Shown here piece after piece: positions 1 to 12,975 of a DNA stretch of 64,000 nt. Source of the stretch: Antedon mediterranea. Its lineage: Eukaryota > Animalia > Echinodermata. A program made the translations under genes and the position numbers. The notes below the pieces were generated by a model that worked only from the letters and a program-made list of their open reading frames with translations, was not told the origin of the DNA and made no database searches. The stretch covers positions 27,038,437 through 27,102,436 of the forward strand of contig NC_092672.1 in assembly GCF_964355755.1 (NCBI RefSeq), read 5' to 3'. Each line of letters opens with the position of its first letter. Positions within the stretch are counted from its first letter, which is position 1.

Positions 1-1305
1 TGAAAATTAATAGCATGGTAAACACAATTTAAAATTTACTAGTTCTTGAGCAGTAAAATAAACTTACCTACTGTATATAGATGGTAGGCTGCTAGGTATT
101 GGTCCAAATCTGTTTAAAATGTTTTTGCCACTTCAGGTTGCCGCTATGTACCTACAAAATAGTAAAACATTATTATAAGAATTACTTAAAATTAGCTTAT
201 TAAATTTAATATGGTTGCATACAAACAAATTTGAATATGCAGTGATGAGCAAAAACGAATGTTAAAATTCATTATTTATAATAATTGTAATTATTACATA
301 CAGGGAAGGCATATATGCCTTATGTCATTGCATAGGGTATATATAACCAGGTATTCTCATAAGAAACATTATTCAAATAAATACTGTAAATATATTAAAT
401 TAAATTTAATAATAATTAAATAATAATATATAGGCGTAGAGCCTAGACCTAATTAGGTAGTCTACTTATACCTAGCCTAATTGCTCTAGGCTAGGCTAAA
501 TAAGCTGGAAAGCTGCTTCTCTGTAGGCTGCTGCTAGTGATAGAGAGCACAGGTCTAGCTAGTATATTAACATAAAAATAGGGCCTATAATATAGGCCTA
601 GCCTACCCAGCCAGAGGTAGTGATTGATTGTTAATATTGAAAATTAATAGCATGGTAAACACAATTTAATATTTGCTACTTCTTGAACAGCAAAATAATC
701 TTACCTATATAGATGGTAGGTATGGTCCAAATCTGCTTAGCCACTTCAGGTTACTGCTCTATATATGTAGGCTACCTACAATAGTATAACATTAATAATT
801 ATTATAACAATTTTATAAAATTAACCTAACTTATTAAATTTAATATGATTGCATAATAATTTGAATATGCAGTGATGAGCAAAACCGAATGTTAATATGA
901 TGCTTGTCATTATTTATATTGTAATTATTACATACAGGGTAGGCCTATAATATTCCCTATGTCATTGCATACATGGTATATATAATCCTCATAATATTAA
1001 ATTTACAGTTTTTGTAATGAATACTGTAAATTTATTAAAACTAAAATTAATTATACTGATTAAATAATATTAAAAATATATAGGCCTAGGCCTAGGCGTA
1101 GATCCTGGGCATAATTTTAATTAGGTAGCCTACTAATACCTATTAGGCTAGTAGTAGGCTAGCCTACTCAAGGCCAGGCTAACTAAGCCGGAAAGCTGCT
1201 TCTCTGTAGTAGGCTGCTAGAGAGCACAGGTCTAGCTAGGGCCTAGGCCTAGTATTAAAATAAAAATAGGGCCTATTATTGGTATATGCCTACCCTACCC
1301 AGCCA
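1..1305. repeat. Diverged tandem duplication, unit ~637-670 bp (unit 1 = 1-637, possibly truncated by the window edge; unit 2 = 638-~1305), rich in TAGGCCTA/GCCTA
   Basis: TGAAAATTAATAGCATGGTAAACACAATTTA at 1 and 638; shared blocks GCCACTTCAGGTT, GAATATGCAGTGATGAGCAAAA, GGAAAGCTGCTTCTCTGTAG, CCTACCCAGCCAG in the same order. Confidence 0.85.
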
Positions 1306-2084
1306 GGCCTAAATAATTAATATAATGTAACATTTCCAAACTCATTTGGGTCAGCTGTCACATGAAAGGCAGTGTTGCAACTAGAGTAGACACAAGCCTA
1401 AGCCTAAAAATGACACAATTTGAAACGGCCATAGCTCAAAAATTCAACCATCACCTCTCGACCATTACTATGTTATAACATTCACAGATAACTAAATTAT
1501 CATGCAGTACCAAAGAATTAGAGTGAAAATTACATTTTTTAAAGATACGGACAAACAAACATGTACCAAATTTGGAAATGTCACTCACGTGCGTATTGGT
1601 ATATGCTTGTATTTTATGGTCCACCCTTCCATTAATTTTCAGCGTTACATTCCTTGTAAAAAACAAAACGACAACGTGCTTGTTTCATCCAGGGACTCTT
1701 TAATGAATATTCATATTTTTAGCGACCCTTTATTTTTTTATCTCATTCTCATTGGCTGTTTAAAACATGTCTTTAAATGACGTTTGACTCCACTCTGCAC
1801 ACGTGGATTTGTAAGTAATTGTTTATGTATTGTTACTCCAGCGATACGACTTGTAACGTTGAGGGCGCATGACTTAATTCGTATGTTTGAAACAGCTGTG
1901 AGCAGAATTGTTATTGACCCTGCATTTCTCACACAGCGCCACCGCTATTGGTGTTTGTATTGTGAAGAAAGTCTGGAAATAAAACTACGTTTTCAAATCA
2001 ACTCTAGAAAAAGGAACAATACAAATAGGACAGGAATGCAAACTTGTAAAATTAAGATGAAAACAACTGAACAAAATCGCAGCT

Positions 2085-2853
2085 GAATCAAGATTTAACA
2101 CTATTCTATTCTAATCTAATTGTAGGCAAATTGCCAAGGATAACCACAAATAATAAAAACAAAAACAACTATTGCTAATGCAATGCTTAAGGGTTTTTTT
2201 GAATAATAAAGGGTGTTTTTGGTTCCATTTAGAACAGAGTTTCAACTCTACTGTACAAGCTAAGCTAACAAAAGCTAGACTTATATCATTGGTAGGCCTA
2301 CATATTCTAACATACATTACATAAGCTAAGGAATTTGAACAGGCATATTAATAGGACAAGATTTTGATTGAATATTAAAAAAAACCATTTTGTTTATTGT
2401 TGTTTCTATATTATGACTAAGACATAAATTGTATTATATTTATATTTATAACACGTAGAGGCCGTTATCACATCATTCTTACTAAGGTTTTTCATCAGAG
2501 CAACACAATTATGGTTTTGTCGTCATGTTTCTATTCGTTTTAACTAATATATTATTGCAAAACACAATATGGTATTCCTCAAACTAAAAAGTTAAAATGT
2601 AATCCGTTCGTTGTTTCTCGAAAGACAGACAAAAAATACATTGATGGAATACAAATAGATTAAATTTCCATTTCCTAATTGATGGGAGATATATATATTT
2701 TAAAACAATTATGCCTAAGCCGAGGAGAAGCCTAAGTTCTTCTGTCAGGACTTATTTAATTTCATATATTGATCGACAATAATTGTTAAGAAAATATATA
2801 ATCTATTAATGTATCTATAAATGAATACTTTCTATCGTTAAGAAAACCTTTGT

Positions 2854-2886
<33 letters not shown>

Positions 2887-3303
2887 AACATATTTATACA
2901 GAATAATACACAATCAAGTAGAAATAAACTTGTTTTACATTGTGGTCCTGTCGACAAAAGCGGATACACATTTAAATATTATACAATTACAATTAATAAT
3001 TATATAAATACAATACGGTTAACTCTGTCAAAATATTACACGCTTCATTTTTCCAACTATTTTTAATTATGAGACAATAAACACTTTGGAACTGATATCC
3101 CTAGTTTACAGTGTAGTAAGCTAAGTAAAAGGGTGCCGAAAAGTCTCGGGCTTCATTTTTATTTTTACTCTTGGGTGGGCTTCTTTTTTTGGAATAGCTT
3201 TTTTTCGAGATGGGCTTCTTTTCAAAAATCATTTTGCAAAACTAAAGAGTGAGGCTTCTTTTTAAAATACAATACTGTACTAGGATGTTTGAAACATTAC
3301 CTG
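2085..3303. repeat. Non-coding ~1.2-kb block duplicated at ~6533-7628; a sub-block recurs at ~8040-8240 and just upstream of discoidin genes 2 and 3
   Basis: CAGAGTTTCAACTCTACTGTACAAGC, CGTCATGTTTCTATTCGTTTTAACTAATAT, GGTATTCCTCAAACTAAAAAGTTAAAATGTAATCC and CTGTACTAG.ATGTTTGAAA.ATTACCTG are collinear in both copies. Confidence 0.8.
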
Positions 3304-3329
3304 TGAAATGAATTCATTCACTATCCTTC

Positions 3330-3486
3330 TCAAAGGACATATACACAAGATGCTCCACATAAATAAAGACTTATTATTACAAGTCTTTGTGAATAGAGTT
3401 GCAAATTGTCATGATAAAAATTCCTGACATATGACAAGATTTGAAACCAGGACCCTTGGATTGGTAGCCAAGCATCATAATCACCA
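3330..3486 (-). mobile_element. tRNA-derived SINE copy (same family as 49640-49899)
   Basis: Reverse complement reads TTGGTGATTATGATGCTTGGCTACCAATCCAAGGGTCCTGGTTTCAAATCTTGTCATATGTCAGG...AATAATAAGTCTTTATTTATGTGGAGCATCTTGTGTATATGT, matching the 49.6-kb copy. Confidence 0.75.
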
Positions 3487-3749
3487 AAACAACATATCAA
3501 ATAATAAAAACATATGCACAGGAGGAGCTAAACGACTGGGACGAATAAAGAATTTAATAAAACCTATCAAACTTAAAGTGTAATATATCAAAAGGAGATA
3601 ACTGAGATTCACAAGCAGATGCAAAAATAACTGAACAATACTCAACATTAGAAGCAAGTAAATGACGTTATAAAGCAATAATAACACTGGGGCTATAGAT
3701 GTCTCTATGTGTACAAACATGTAAATTTACTTTCAATATAATTCCTAAA

Positions 3750-5470
3750 TTCCTGACTATGCGGTGGATAACTTAAGTTCTCTGTCTGTGAATCAGCATT
3801 CTGTGGAAAAGGCACTTAGTAACATTGATATCAATAAAGCTACTGGCATTGATCAGATTAGTAACGTTGTCTTAAAGGGTGCCTCCTCCTCACTCTCTTA
3901 TCCGCTTTGCAAATTGTTTCAGCTATCTATTAATTCTGGGGTTTTTCCTTCATCTTGGAAACACGCTAATATTGTCCCAATTCACAAGAGTGGTCCCAAA
4001 AAACTAATCTGTAACTATCGTCCTATTTCGTTATTGCCTACTATGTCTAAGATTTTTGAGCGCATTGTGCATGATGGTTTGTCATCACATGTTGCTAATG
4101 CTTTAAGTCCTAGGCAGCATGGTTTTGTCTCTGGGAGATCATGTCAAACCAACCTCGCACTGCTTCTTGCTACATCATACGATGCAATTAACAGCAAGAA
4201 GCAGTGCGATGTGATTTACACTGATTTCTCTAAGGCTTTTGATTCCGTTTCCCATGATTTGCTTATTTTTAAACTTTCAAAATTTGGTTTATCCGGTTCA
4301 CTGTTAAGTTGGTTTAAAAGCTATTTAACTAATAGACAACAGCGTGTTGTCATTGGGGGAGAGACATCTGATTGGCTCCCTGTGTTATCGGGCGTTCCGC
4401 AGGGCTCGATCCTGGGCCCGCTTTTGTTTAATTTATTTATCAACGATCTTCCTTTAAAATTTAATCATTCCGAGTCTCTTTTATTTGCTGACGATCTGAA
4501 ATTGTTTAAAGTGATTACCACTCCACAGGATGCTTTTTCACTTCAGGAGGATCTGGATGGTCTCGTGGAATGGACGGAGAAGTGGGGGATAAAACTTAAT
4601 GCTAATAAATGCAAATATTTATCTATAACACTTAAAAAAAGGCCTGTGCTCTTCAATTATAATCTGAGTGGACATGATCTTGAGATGGTTTATGTATGGA
4701 AAGATTTAGGTATTTTTATTGATAGTAAATTAAATTTTTGTTCACATATTAATCATGTGTTGTCAAAAGCAAATAGAATGATGGGCTTAATATGGAGAAA
4801 TTGTAGGTTTATGAACGACGGCAGGGCACTTTTATCTTTATACAAATCTATTATACGTCCTCACCTTGAATATTGTTCCGCAATTTTCAATTCAATTTCT
4901 CCATGTCAGGCCCGTCGAATCGACACTGTTCAACGGAAGTTTGTTCGATTCCTGTCTTATAACTGTGTTAATTTTGCCTTTTCCATTGATTCTGTCAGCA
5001 ATCGTCGAACGATATCTGATATGGTTTTTTTATATAATATTTTAAATTCTAAATATGACTGTTCATTAATTTCACTATTTAGTTTAAATGTTCCTGGTCG
5101 TACACGAAATAGACATTTATTGCATATTCCTTTTAGCCGTGTCGACTGTACTAAGAGGAGACTTTTTCATAGACTACCTTATACATTTAATAATCTAAAT
5201 AGCAATCATATCGATATTTTTAATGATAGACTTGGTTATTTTAAGAGGACGATGATGTGTTCACTTCTTGAACAGTCTGCATAACCTGTTTTAATTGAAA
5301 TTTTTTATGGCATGCCAATCTATGTTTTATATATATATATATATATTTTATCTGTATTTTATTGTTAACCGTTTTTGATGTTGTATTGTTTTATGTTTCA
5401 AACCTGTTAGTGGCGGTATTTATCGCTGTTGGTTTTGATTGAATAAAATAAAATAAAATAAAATAAATAA
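3750..5470 (+). mobile_element. 5'-truncated CR1-like non-LTR retrotransposon with 3' UTR and (ATAAA)n tail
   Basis: Open RT ORF 3764-5284, followed by a T-rich UTR and AATAAAATAAAATAAAATAAAATAAAT at ~5442-5470. 5' boundary approximate. Confidence 0.85.
3764..5284 (+). CDS. Reverse transcriptase (C-terminal part of LINE ORF2, CR1-like), 506 aa uninterrupted
   Basis: Motifs NYRPISLL, QHGF, DFSKAFDSV, GVPQGSILGPLLF, LFADDLKLF, KDLGI, IRPHLEYCS. No endonuclease domain, so 5'-truncated. Confidence 0.9.
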   Translation: MDNLSSLSVNQHSVEKALSNIDINKATGIDQISNVVLKGASSSLSYPLCKLFQLSINSGVFPSSWKHANIVPIHKSGPKKLICNYRPISLLPTMSKIFERIVHDGLSSHVANALSPRQHGFVSGRSCQTNLALLLATSYDAINSKKQCDVIYTDFSKAFDSVSHDLLIFKLSKFGLSGSLLSWFKSYLTNRQQRVVIGGETSDWLPVLSGVPQGSILGPLLFNLFINDLPLKFNHSESLLFADDLKLFKVITTPQDAFSLQEDLDGLVEWTEKWGIKLNANKCKYLSITLKKRPVLFNYNLSGHDLEMVYVWKDLGIFIDSKLNFCSHINHVLSKANRMMGLIWRNCRFMNDGRALLSLYKSIIRPHLEYCSAIFNSISPCQARRIDTVQRKFVRFLSYNCVNFAFSIDSVSNRRTISDMVFLYNILNSKYDCSLISLFSLNVPGRTRNRHLLHIPFSRVDCTKRRLFHRLPYTFNNLNSNHIDIFNDRLGYFKRTMMCSLLEQSA

Positions 5471-5519
5471 TGGTGAACTAAAAATGTGTGTAAAATAATT
5501 GTATTGATCATATTATAAA

Positions 5520-5945
5520 AAGGTAAAAAAAAACACTTGGTTTCAGTTTAAGGGAAACATACATGGATTTGCATTTGGAGACATTGAGAGATAGACCCAG
5601 TACCGACTCCATGCAACAACACTATCAAGATCCTCATAAAGACCCTTGGCAACAACATCAGAACCGACAACACGATACAGCTTCAGGTCATCGTCATACA
5701 TAAGGCAGTGTAACTTATTGACAAAATTAGAAAGATCATTAAAGAATACATAAAAAAACAAAGAATAGACTCTTGGGGAATACCAGGGGGAATAAATTTA
5801 GAAACCCCATTAATAACTACACGTTGGCTGCGATTAAAGAGATAGTTAGAAACTAAATTGAGAAGGGGCACAGTAACACCAAATTGGTTAAGTTTATGAA
5901 TAAGTTGCTAAAGAGAAAGGCAGTCAAACGCTTTAGAATATAGTC
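5520..5945 (-). pseudogene. Degenerate CR1-like RT fragment
   Basis: Frameshifted pieces SKAFDCLS, YLFNRSQRVVING, GIPQESIL, MYDDDLKLYR. Confidence 0.75.
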
Positions 5946-6532
5946 AGTAAAAATAATTGTAATTTAACAGCATCAATTAATTATTAATAATTATTCTTTA
6001 TCAATGTTACATTAATTAAACAAACACTTTATGAAATCGTCTTCACGTTTTGATTCGTTTTTTAGTTATCGCTCATTAAACAAATATACATTAATAAAGT
6101 ACACACAGATGATGTTTTCAGTTTTGTAAGTGATATGCAGATAACAGCAAATTATGTGAGACAGGTTGTAATCAGCAGACAAGAAACTACATGCTGATTA
6201 TTGTCGCTAGACATGATACCGTACGAGAATTGGGTGTATTTGCAGTTAAAACTTAGTCAGCTAGTATGGGATACACGAGCCATTACGTTCGTGTGTGTGT
6301 CCATGTCTTAACTAAATCCAAACTATACCATGCAGTGTAAACATAAACTACATTTTGATATTGTGGTATAGTTATAGAAGTAATCCGATAATGCGTTTCC
6401 GAGTTATGAGTGATCTACAAGCCTACTTGTTGTTAAAAACAAGGCAAGAATTGTGTTTTGAGCTAAAATATTATACGTATGAAACGTCATATGTGCAACA
6501 AATTTTATCTTTTACTAATTAAGTTAATTAAG

Positions 6533-6894
6533 ACTGAACAAGGATATACAGACAAAAAAAAACAACATTTTTTCTTATTACGTAAAAAATAAAAACAACT
6601 ATTTAGGTCTTAAAATAATAAAGGGTGTGTGTGGTTCCGTTCAGAGTTTCAACTCTACTGTACAAGCTTAAGCTAACGAAAGCTACACATATGTCATTGG
6701 TACATATTCTAACATTACACTACATTATGGCTAACACATAATTTGTATTATATTTATAACACATAGACAAGTTTTAACTTCTAGAAGGGATCCATGATAT
6801 AATGACTTCCAATTACTGCTTTATCTATGTTTATAATACTGTTACTTTAATATCTTTTTTTCTATTTTGTATTTTTATCTGAATAAATGTTATC

Positions 6895-6939
<45 letters not shown>

Positions 6940-7628
6940 ATCACATCACTCTTACTAAAGTTATTTCATCAGAACAAAAATTTGGATTCGTCGTCATGTT
7001 TCTATTCGTTTTAACTAATATATTATTGCAAAACACAATGGTATTCCTCAAACTAAAAAGTTAAAATGTAATCCATTCGTTGTTTCCCGAAAAACAGACA
7101 AAAAAGGCATTGATGGAATACAAATAGATTAAATTTGCATACCATAATTATTGGGAGATATATAGACAATTTATTTTTAGGAAGGTTTTTTCTAAGCAAT
7201 TAAACAGAATAGAAGCCAATATTCTTTTGTCTGAATTTCATATAATTTCATATATTGATCGACAATAATCAAGAAAATATCTGTAGTCTATTATTATATC
7301 TATAAATGATTACCGGTACTTACTATCATAAACAAAACTGTTGTGGCCTGCTTCATGTTTTCCATTATATTTTTTACTTATGAGAAAATAGACATTTTGT
7401 AAGTGGTATGCGGGTGAATGTACTGTTACAAGTGATATCCCTACTTTACAGTGTAGTAAGTAAAGGGGTACCGTAAAACCTTGGGTTTCTTTTTGTTGGT
7501 ACACTTGGTGGGCTTTTTTTAGATCAGCTTCTTTTCGAGATAGGCTTCTTCTCGAGAATCTTTTTGAAAACTAAATAGGGAGGCTTCAAAATACAATACT
7601 GTACTAGAATGTTTGAAATATTACCTGC
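6533..7628. repeat. Second copy of the 2085-3303 block, carrying a short LINE-tail-like insertion ending in (GATT)n at ~6770-6935
   Basis: Collinear similarity with 2085-3303; AATAAA followed by (GATT)n is absent from the first copy. Confidence 0.75.
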
Positions 7629-8367
7629 CAAAGATCATATACATTATCTGCATCACAAGTTATCTAGCAATAAATAACCTTATTCCTTTGATATTTAAAT
7701 AGTCTATCTAGTCTATATGGGTTTGAGTTTTTAGATGTCTTTTTACGACATGATGGTCAATTGGGAGATTTCAGTGAACGAATGGGACGGTATAGAGCGT
7801 TTTACAGTTTTTCGAGACACAGTGACGGCGGTCATCCCTTTCTGACAGTCCGCAGACCCTGTATATGGCTATTTCTATTCTTCTTTGAATCGAGCACTTC
7901 TGTCTACATGATTTAGGCTTATAACCTATCAAATTTACTAATACTTATTTTATATTTAGCCTATATCAAACCACTAATGTATGTTTGTTTCTGAAAAACA
8001 ACTTTCAAATAAGCTTTATGCTTTGTTCCATTAACAAAAACATGTTTTCATATTCATTTTAACTAACATCTATTAATGTAAAACGTTATGGCCTCTTGAC
8101 GAATTACCTAAACGTCCAAACTAACTAATGGAAAGTTAAGTGTAATCCCTTTCTCGTTCTTTAAAAAACATTGAACGAAAAACAATTTACAAAACAAATA
8201 GATTATATATTCATGTCATAATTGCTGCGAGATATGGCCATTATTTTAGAAAGCAAATAAGTCGAGGCCTGTGCGTTTTTCAGTCAGCATTTTTTTTTCT
8301 ACAATCCTGGACACGCTACTGCTTCGCATATGTTTTTTTTTTGGTGTATTGCACTTCAAAATGAAGG

Positions 8368-8406
8368 TATAAAAGTTGTACCAATTATGAAAAATGCCAT
8401 TCAGTT
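8368..8406 (+). promoter_or_regulatory. TATA box plus initiator of discoidin gene 1
   Basis: TATAAAAG at 8368-8375; Inr-like CCATTCAGTT about 30 nt downstream; ATG at 8453. The TATA is conserved in both paralogues. Confidence 0.7.
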
Positions 8407-8452
8407 TGACAAGACAGCACTTCGATAAACCAATCATTCAACTATAATCAAG

Positions 8453-11400
8453 ATGTTTATATCAACTGTGATAGCATTTATCATCTACTCATTCATGTTT
8501 TGTGAAGGACAAGGTAAACATATTTTACTTTTTTTCTACTTTTCATACATATACATGAGTGCTGTTATTCACTAAGGTATTGGAATATTATGCCTAGTCA
8601 AATTTTATTATGTTTTCCATATATTACAGGTCGTCTTGTATTTGTAAGAAAAGAAACACTTTATCTCTTTATTTCTTCTCCACCACCCTCTTTAACAACA
8701 CTGGTGATACTACATGTTCTCCGAGGAAACCCTTGTTTGCACAATGTACTATATAAGCTAGTGCACTTTATGATGTTTAAAATAAGATTATTTTATATCG
8801 TGAATGTTGTGCATTTATAATAAACGTATGTGTGTATAACTTAAAATATTACAGTACATCTTTCATTAGTATCCACATAATATTGTTTCAGTATCGTAAT
8901 TCAATAGTAAAATATTTGATCATGGTAACTTAGTAGGCCTAATATAATCATGTAAATTTTACATTTATTCATTTAATTAGGTTAAAAATACATAATAAAA
9001 TGCATCACCATCATCATTATACTACTCTACGTTTATGTAATTTCAAGTAAGCTCATACATTTTTGTTTTGTAATCTAAAATTCTTGAATATTTTCTGTGA
9101 TTTTGATATCTCTAAAGTTGATAAGAGTTAAACATTTAGCTTTTTCGTTTACATTAGTTTGTCCCACATGTTGTAGTAACATGCCGATTGGTCTCGCTGA
9201 CGACAACCGAGACCCAAACTTTAAAGACACAGAATTTACAGCCAGCTCTTTTGAAACTTATGGCCAAAGACCATCAAGAGGTCGATTGAATACACAGCTT
9301 GAGGACTCTTCTAATCAGGGAGCGTGGATGGCCGCCTCCAGCAACAGCGATCCTTGGATTAAAGTAGATTTGAAAGCTGCCAATAACATCGGAGGCATAA
9401 TTACACAAGGACAAAATGGTGCTAGTTACTGGGTTACGAAATTTGACGTTTCGCACTCAAAAAATGGAAAAGATTTTGTCTACATCAAATCTACACCTAC
9501 AAGTTCTGAACCTAAGGTAGATGTCTTTACTCTACTTCACAATAATTGTGTTTTAATACTTAATTTTTGATACGTTTCTATAATTACAATGACTAGATGC
9601 TACGCTCGCTTCGCTCGCGTACCATCTAGTTCGTGCCCACAGATGATTCTCGAATACATAGTAATTTCAGCGTAAAAAAAACTGGCAATTTTAAATGTAC
9701 GTACGGCAGGACTATAAAACATTGTCGTTTACAGAAACAAATAAGTAGACACAATGATTTATGTAGTCAACCAAAATTAGCACCTAGAGACTTGTCACAA
9801 AATGAGTCGAAATTTGTTATTTGGACTCATTTAAACAAACCCAAATTATTCTTTATATTTCTTTATTATCCAATCATTAACGAAATATTTTTTTTATAGG
9901 CCTATAAATAATATACCACTAAATAGAGTAAAACATTTCCGATTTAATACTTTATTAAAACTGTCACTGTCTCATGGTCGATTGAAATAGTAAAGTACAT
10001 TTAAAGACCACTAATACATTTATATTTTTGTAATTATTAATTAATACAAACGTTGAGAAACAACTGACGGTAATAAAGTATTATATTATTATGTGTTTAT
10101 AATCTAAAAGTAGGGGCTACCCACACTCACAGTGATAAAGTTTATTAGTATATTTGTTTATATTCTATCTAACAGTACCAACACACTTTTGATTCAAATA
10201 GCGATCAAAAGTGGTAATACCTATTTGCAGTATTGTATAGCATTACAATACTATTTCTGTTTATTCTCCAAGGGTCTATAAATTTACCTACTTGTGTTAA
10301 ACCATTTAGGTATGCAATAATTTGGAATGTTCCATTCATTGCAAATCAATACATTTCTATAAACGTATATTAAATCTATCAAAATAGTATTTTTTAAAGA
10401 AAATCGGCCTGTCTTCAACATTATGATGCTGTACTCTAGCTGTTCAACCGGTTTTCAGCTATTAAAAACAATTATCGTAGGAGGAGATAGGAAAATGCGA
10501 AGCCTCCTCGCATTTTTGTGGCGGGTATTTTTCAAGATGGACATCCATTAGACAGTGTATACCACGATCGAAAAACACCCCTATTTGGGGCAAATCGTTG
10601 AACCTAAATTCGTTTTAATCGTCAATAACTAATTATCTAACTTAATTTAATTAGTAAACAGGGTTACATCAGGTGGTTAAAATGAGTACCGAAAGTACGA
10701 ACCAACTTTATATACCATCGAGTAAAAATTCTAGAAGTAAAGCGCGATTTACCGAATTTTGCCTTTAATAAAATGCGAAGCCTCCTCGCATTTTTGTGGC
10801 GGGTATTTTTCAAGATGGACATCCATTAGACAGTGTATACCACGGTCGGAAAACACCCCTATTTGGGGCAAATCGTTGAACAAATTTCGTTTTAATCGTC
10901 AATAACTAATTATCTAACTTAATTTAATTAGTAAACAGGGTTACATCAGGTGGTTAAAATCAGTACCGAAAGTACGAACCAACTTTATATACCATCGAGT
11001 AAAAATTATAGAAGTAAGGCGCGATTTACCGAATTTTGCCCTTACGTAAATTTATATATAGATAAAGCAATAGCATGGTACTTATAACATGATTGGCATT
11101 TACCAAGAAAGTATTACTTTATTTCCATTGACAATGGCTTAATTTTATTTAAACAATTATACTGTATTAAAAGTATGTTCTAATACAAAAATACAGAAAT
11201 ACCACAGAAAACTTTATTGGTCTCATATAAAAAATAAGTTGTTAATTCGATGTTGACAGCTCATAGAATCCATACACACTTTAAATATAACAAATTGAAA
11301 ATAGGCTTATAAAACAAAATATTATCTGAACAATGTATATGGTATTATTTTAGGTCTTTATTTAAAATGGGAGGCCTACTAAATAATATGATATATACTG

Positions 11401-11713
11401 CCATTTTAAAAAGTTCCTACTCTGTTCAGATCACGTTAAGTTCAGACTCTTTATTTTAACCTCTTTGGTTGGAATATGCCAGTCATCAGCATCGTGTGGT
11501 AACTGTTTTATCCAAGTATTACTGATTTAATTTTAATTTATTAACCTATGGATTTTTTTAATATTGACATTTAAATAGGTCTTTACTGGGAACACTAATT
11601 CAGACACAAAAAAGTACAACTATTTTGAAAAGATTACTGCCCGTTACATACGTATTCATCCAAAGGCATGTCATGGAGCTACTAGTCTTAGGTTTGAACT
11701 TCTTTACTGTTAG
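8453..11713 (+). CDS. Secreted single F5/8 type C (discoidin) domain protein, 184 aa. Exons 8453-8513 (signal peptide), 9158-9516, 11579-11713
   Basis: MFISTVIAFIIYSFMFCEGQ signal; C..PIGL, FTASS, GRLN, GAW, PWIKVDL, GIITQG, WVTKF, VFTGN, ARYIRIHP, SLRFELLYC. GT-AG introns with matching phases (1, 0). Confidence 0.9.
9593..11062 (-). mobile_element. Non-autonomous Helitron in intron 2 of gene 1, with an internal ~278-bp tandem duplication (10492-11041)
   Basis: Minus strand starts 5'-TCTATATATAAATTTACG and ends ...GCGAGCGTAGCATCTAG-3'. Inserted between A and T without TSD; paralogous introns show the empty site ACAATAATAAAGC. Other copies at 47650-47991 and 60518-61955. Confidence 0.85.
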
Positions 11714-12504
11714 TGGTAAGTAGGCCTATACTCGTATTGTACAGTACTTCTCTCTATGATACTGACATCATGCCTGTGTCAAACTAACCAAGTGATAGAA
11801 AAGCAATCTTAGGCCTACGTGGAAAGGACTCTGGTAACTAACATAACGGACCAATCATGTTACCTTAATAAGGTCTAGTAATTAGTGTCGATATTATTGG
11901 GTGGAAAAGACGTTTCTCACAAATATACTAGAACCCATAACTTTAAACATTACACTTTCAGAAAGTAAAATCACTGAGTAAAGTCAAGACAGTGTAGTAT
12001 CTTCTTTGGTGATGAGCTTGATATTTCGGTTCATGTTAAAAGAATACAGATTTTTATTTTTTATTTCTGAAATTAACAATGAACCGATTTTCTTGACATT
12101 AAATACTATTGAAAATATGCATGTTCTGTAAGTACCGTAGCCTATGTTTCCACCAAAACATTCAGGATGATAACTTGAAAATTGCCATAGTCTAAACAAA
12201 CAAACAAATAAACCAAAAGAACACACAAATAAAGTAGTACGTTTTATACTTAGCAAAAATACTATTTTGCCAAGTAATAAAGTAAATTCTAAGCAGGAAA
12301 GAATGGAATTCTAAGCATGAAAGAGTGTAGTGTATACTATTTCTAAGACGGTTTCTTCGAAGGAAAAGTGATCAAATCAATTTATTTGCTCTTCCACCTG
12401 AATATTATCACTCTTGCCTGATGTAACTATTTATTTGACAAGTAATGCAGCTTATCCGCAATGAGACATTATGAATTATTTCTTTCGTAATCTTTTTTTT
12501 TCAG

Positions 12505-12975
12505 ATAAATAGAACGGCAAAAGAAACTACTGTCAAGTTACGAACGTCTGACCCATAGAGAATTAACAAATCATCGAATAGTAGTGTAGTATTAGTAATA
12601 TAAATTATGGAAAATCGTGATATTTAACAGCTAAATTAAATTATAAAATGTTTAAACAATTATTGTGAAGGTGAAATTATTAATTAGAAAAAACAAATAG
12701 GCATAAAACATATATTATATATGTCAAATATTGCATTTTAGATTACGGATTTAACTTGATGTATAGTTTCTGAATGTGTAAATGCATTTGGGAGTCATAC
12801 AGTTTGAATTATTAAATGTAAATTACATATTAATTGCAATTGAATGAAATTTAATTAAATATTATGAATAATGTAGAAATACAATTTTAGAACTTGTTTT
12901 TTTCATTGTCTTTGCATGTCTGAACTACTCAATGATTTCGTTTTTAACTTTTGAATAAAATAAAATAATTAATTA
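12505..12975 (+). other. 3' UTR exon of discoidin gene 1 (paralogous terminal exons start at 31033 and 43875)
   Basis: Donor TG|GTAAGT at 11716; acceptor TTTTTTTTTCAG|ATAAATAG at 12504/12505; AATAAA at 12954. Confidence 0.65.

Noticed and set aside
1380-2086. Overlapping short ORFs or a possible DNA-transposon remnant
   Set aside because: No motifs, termini or TSD that I can support.
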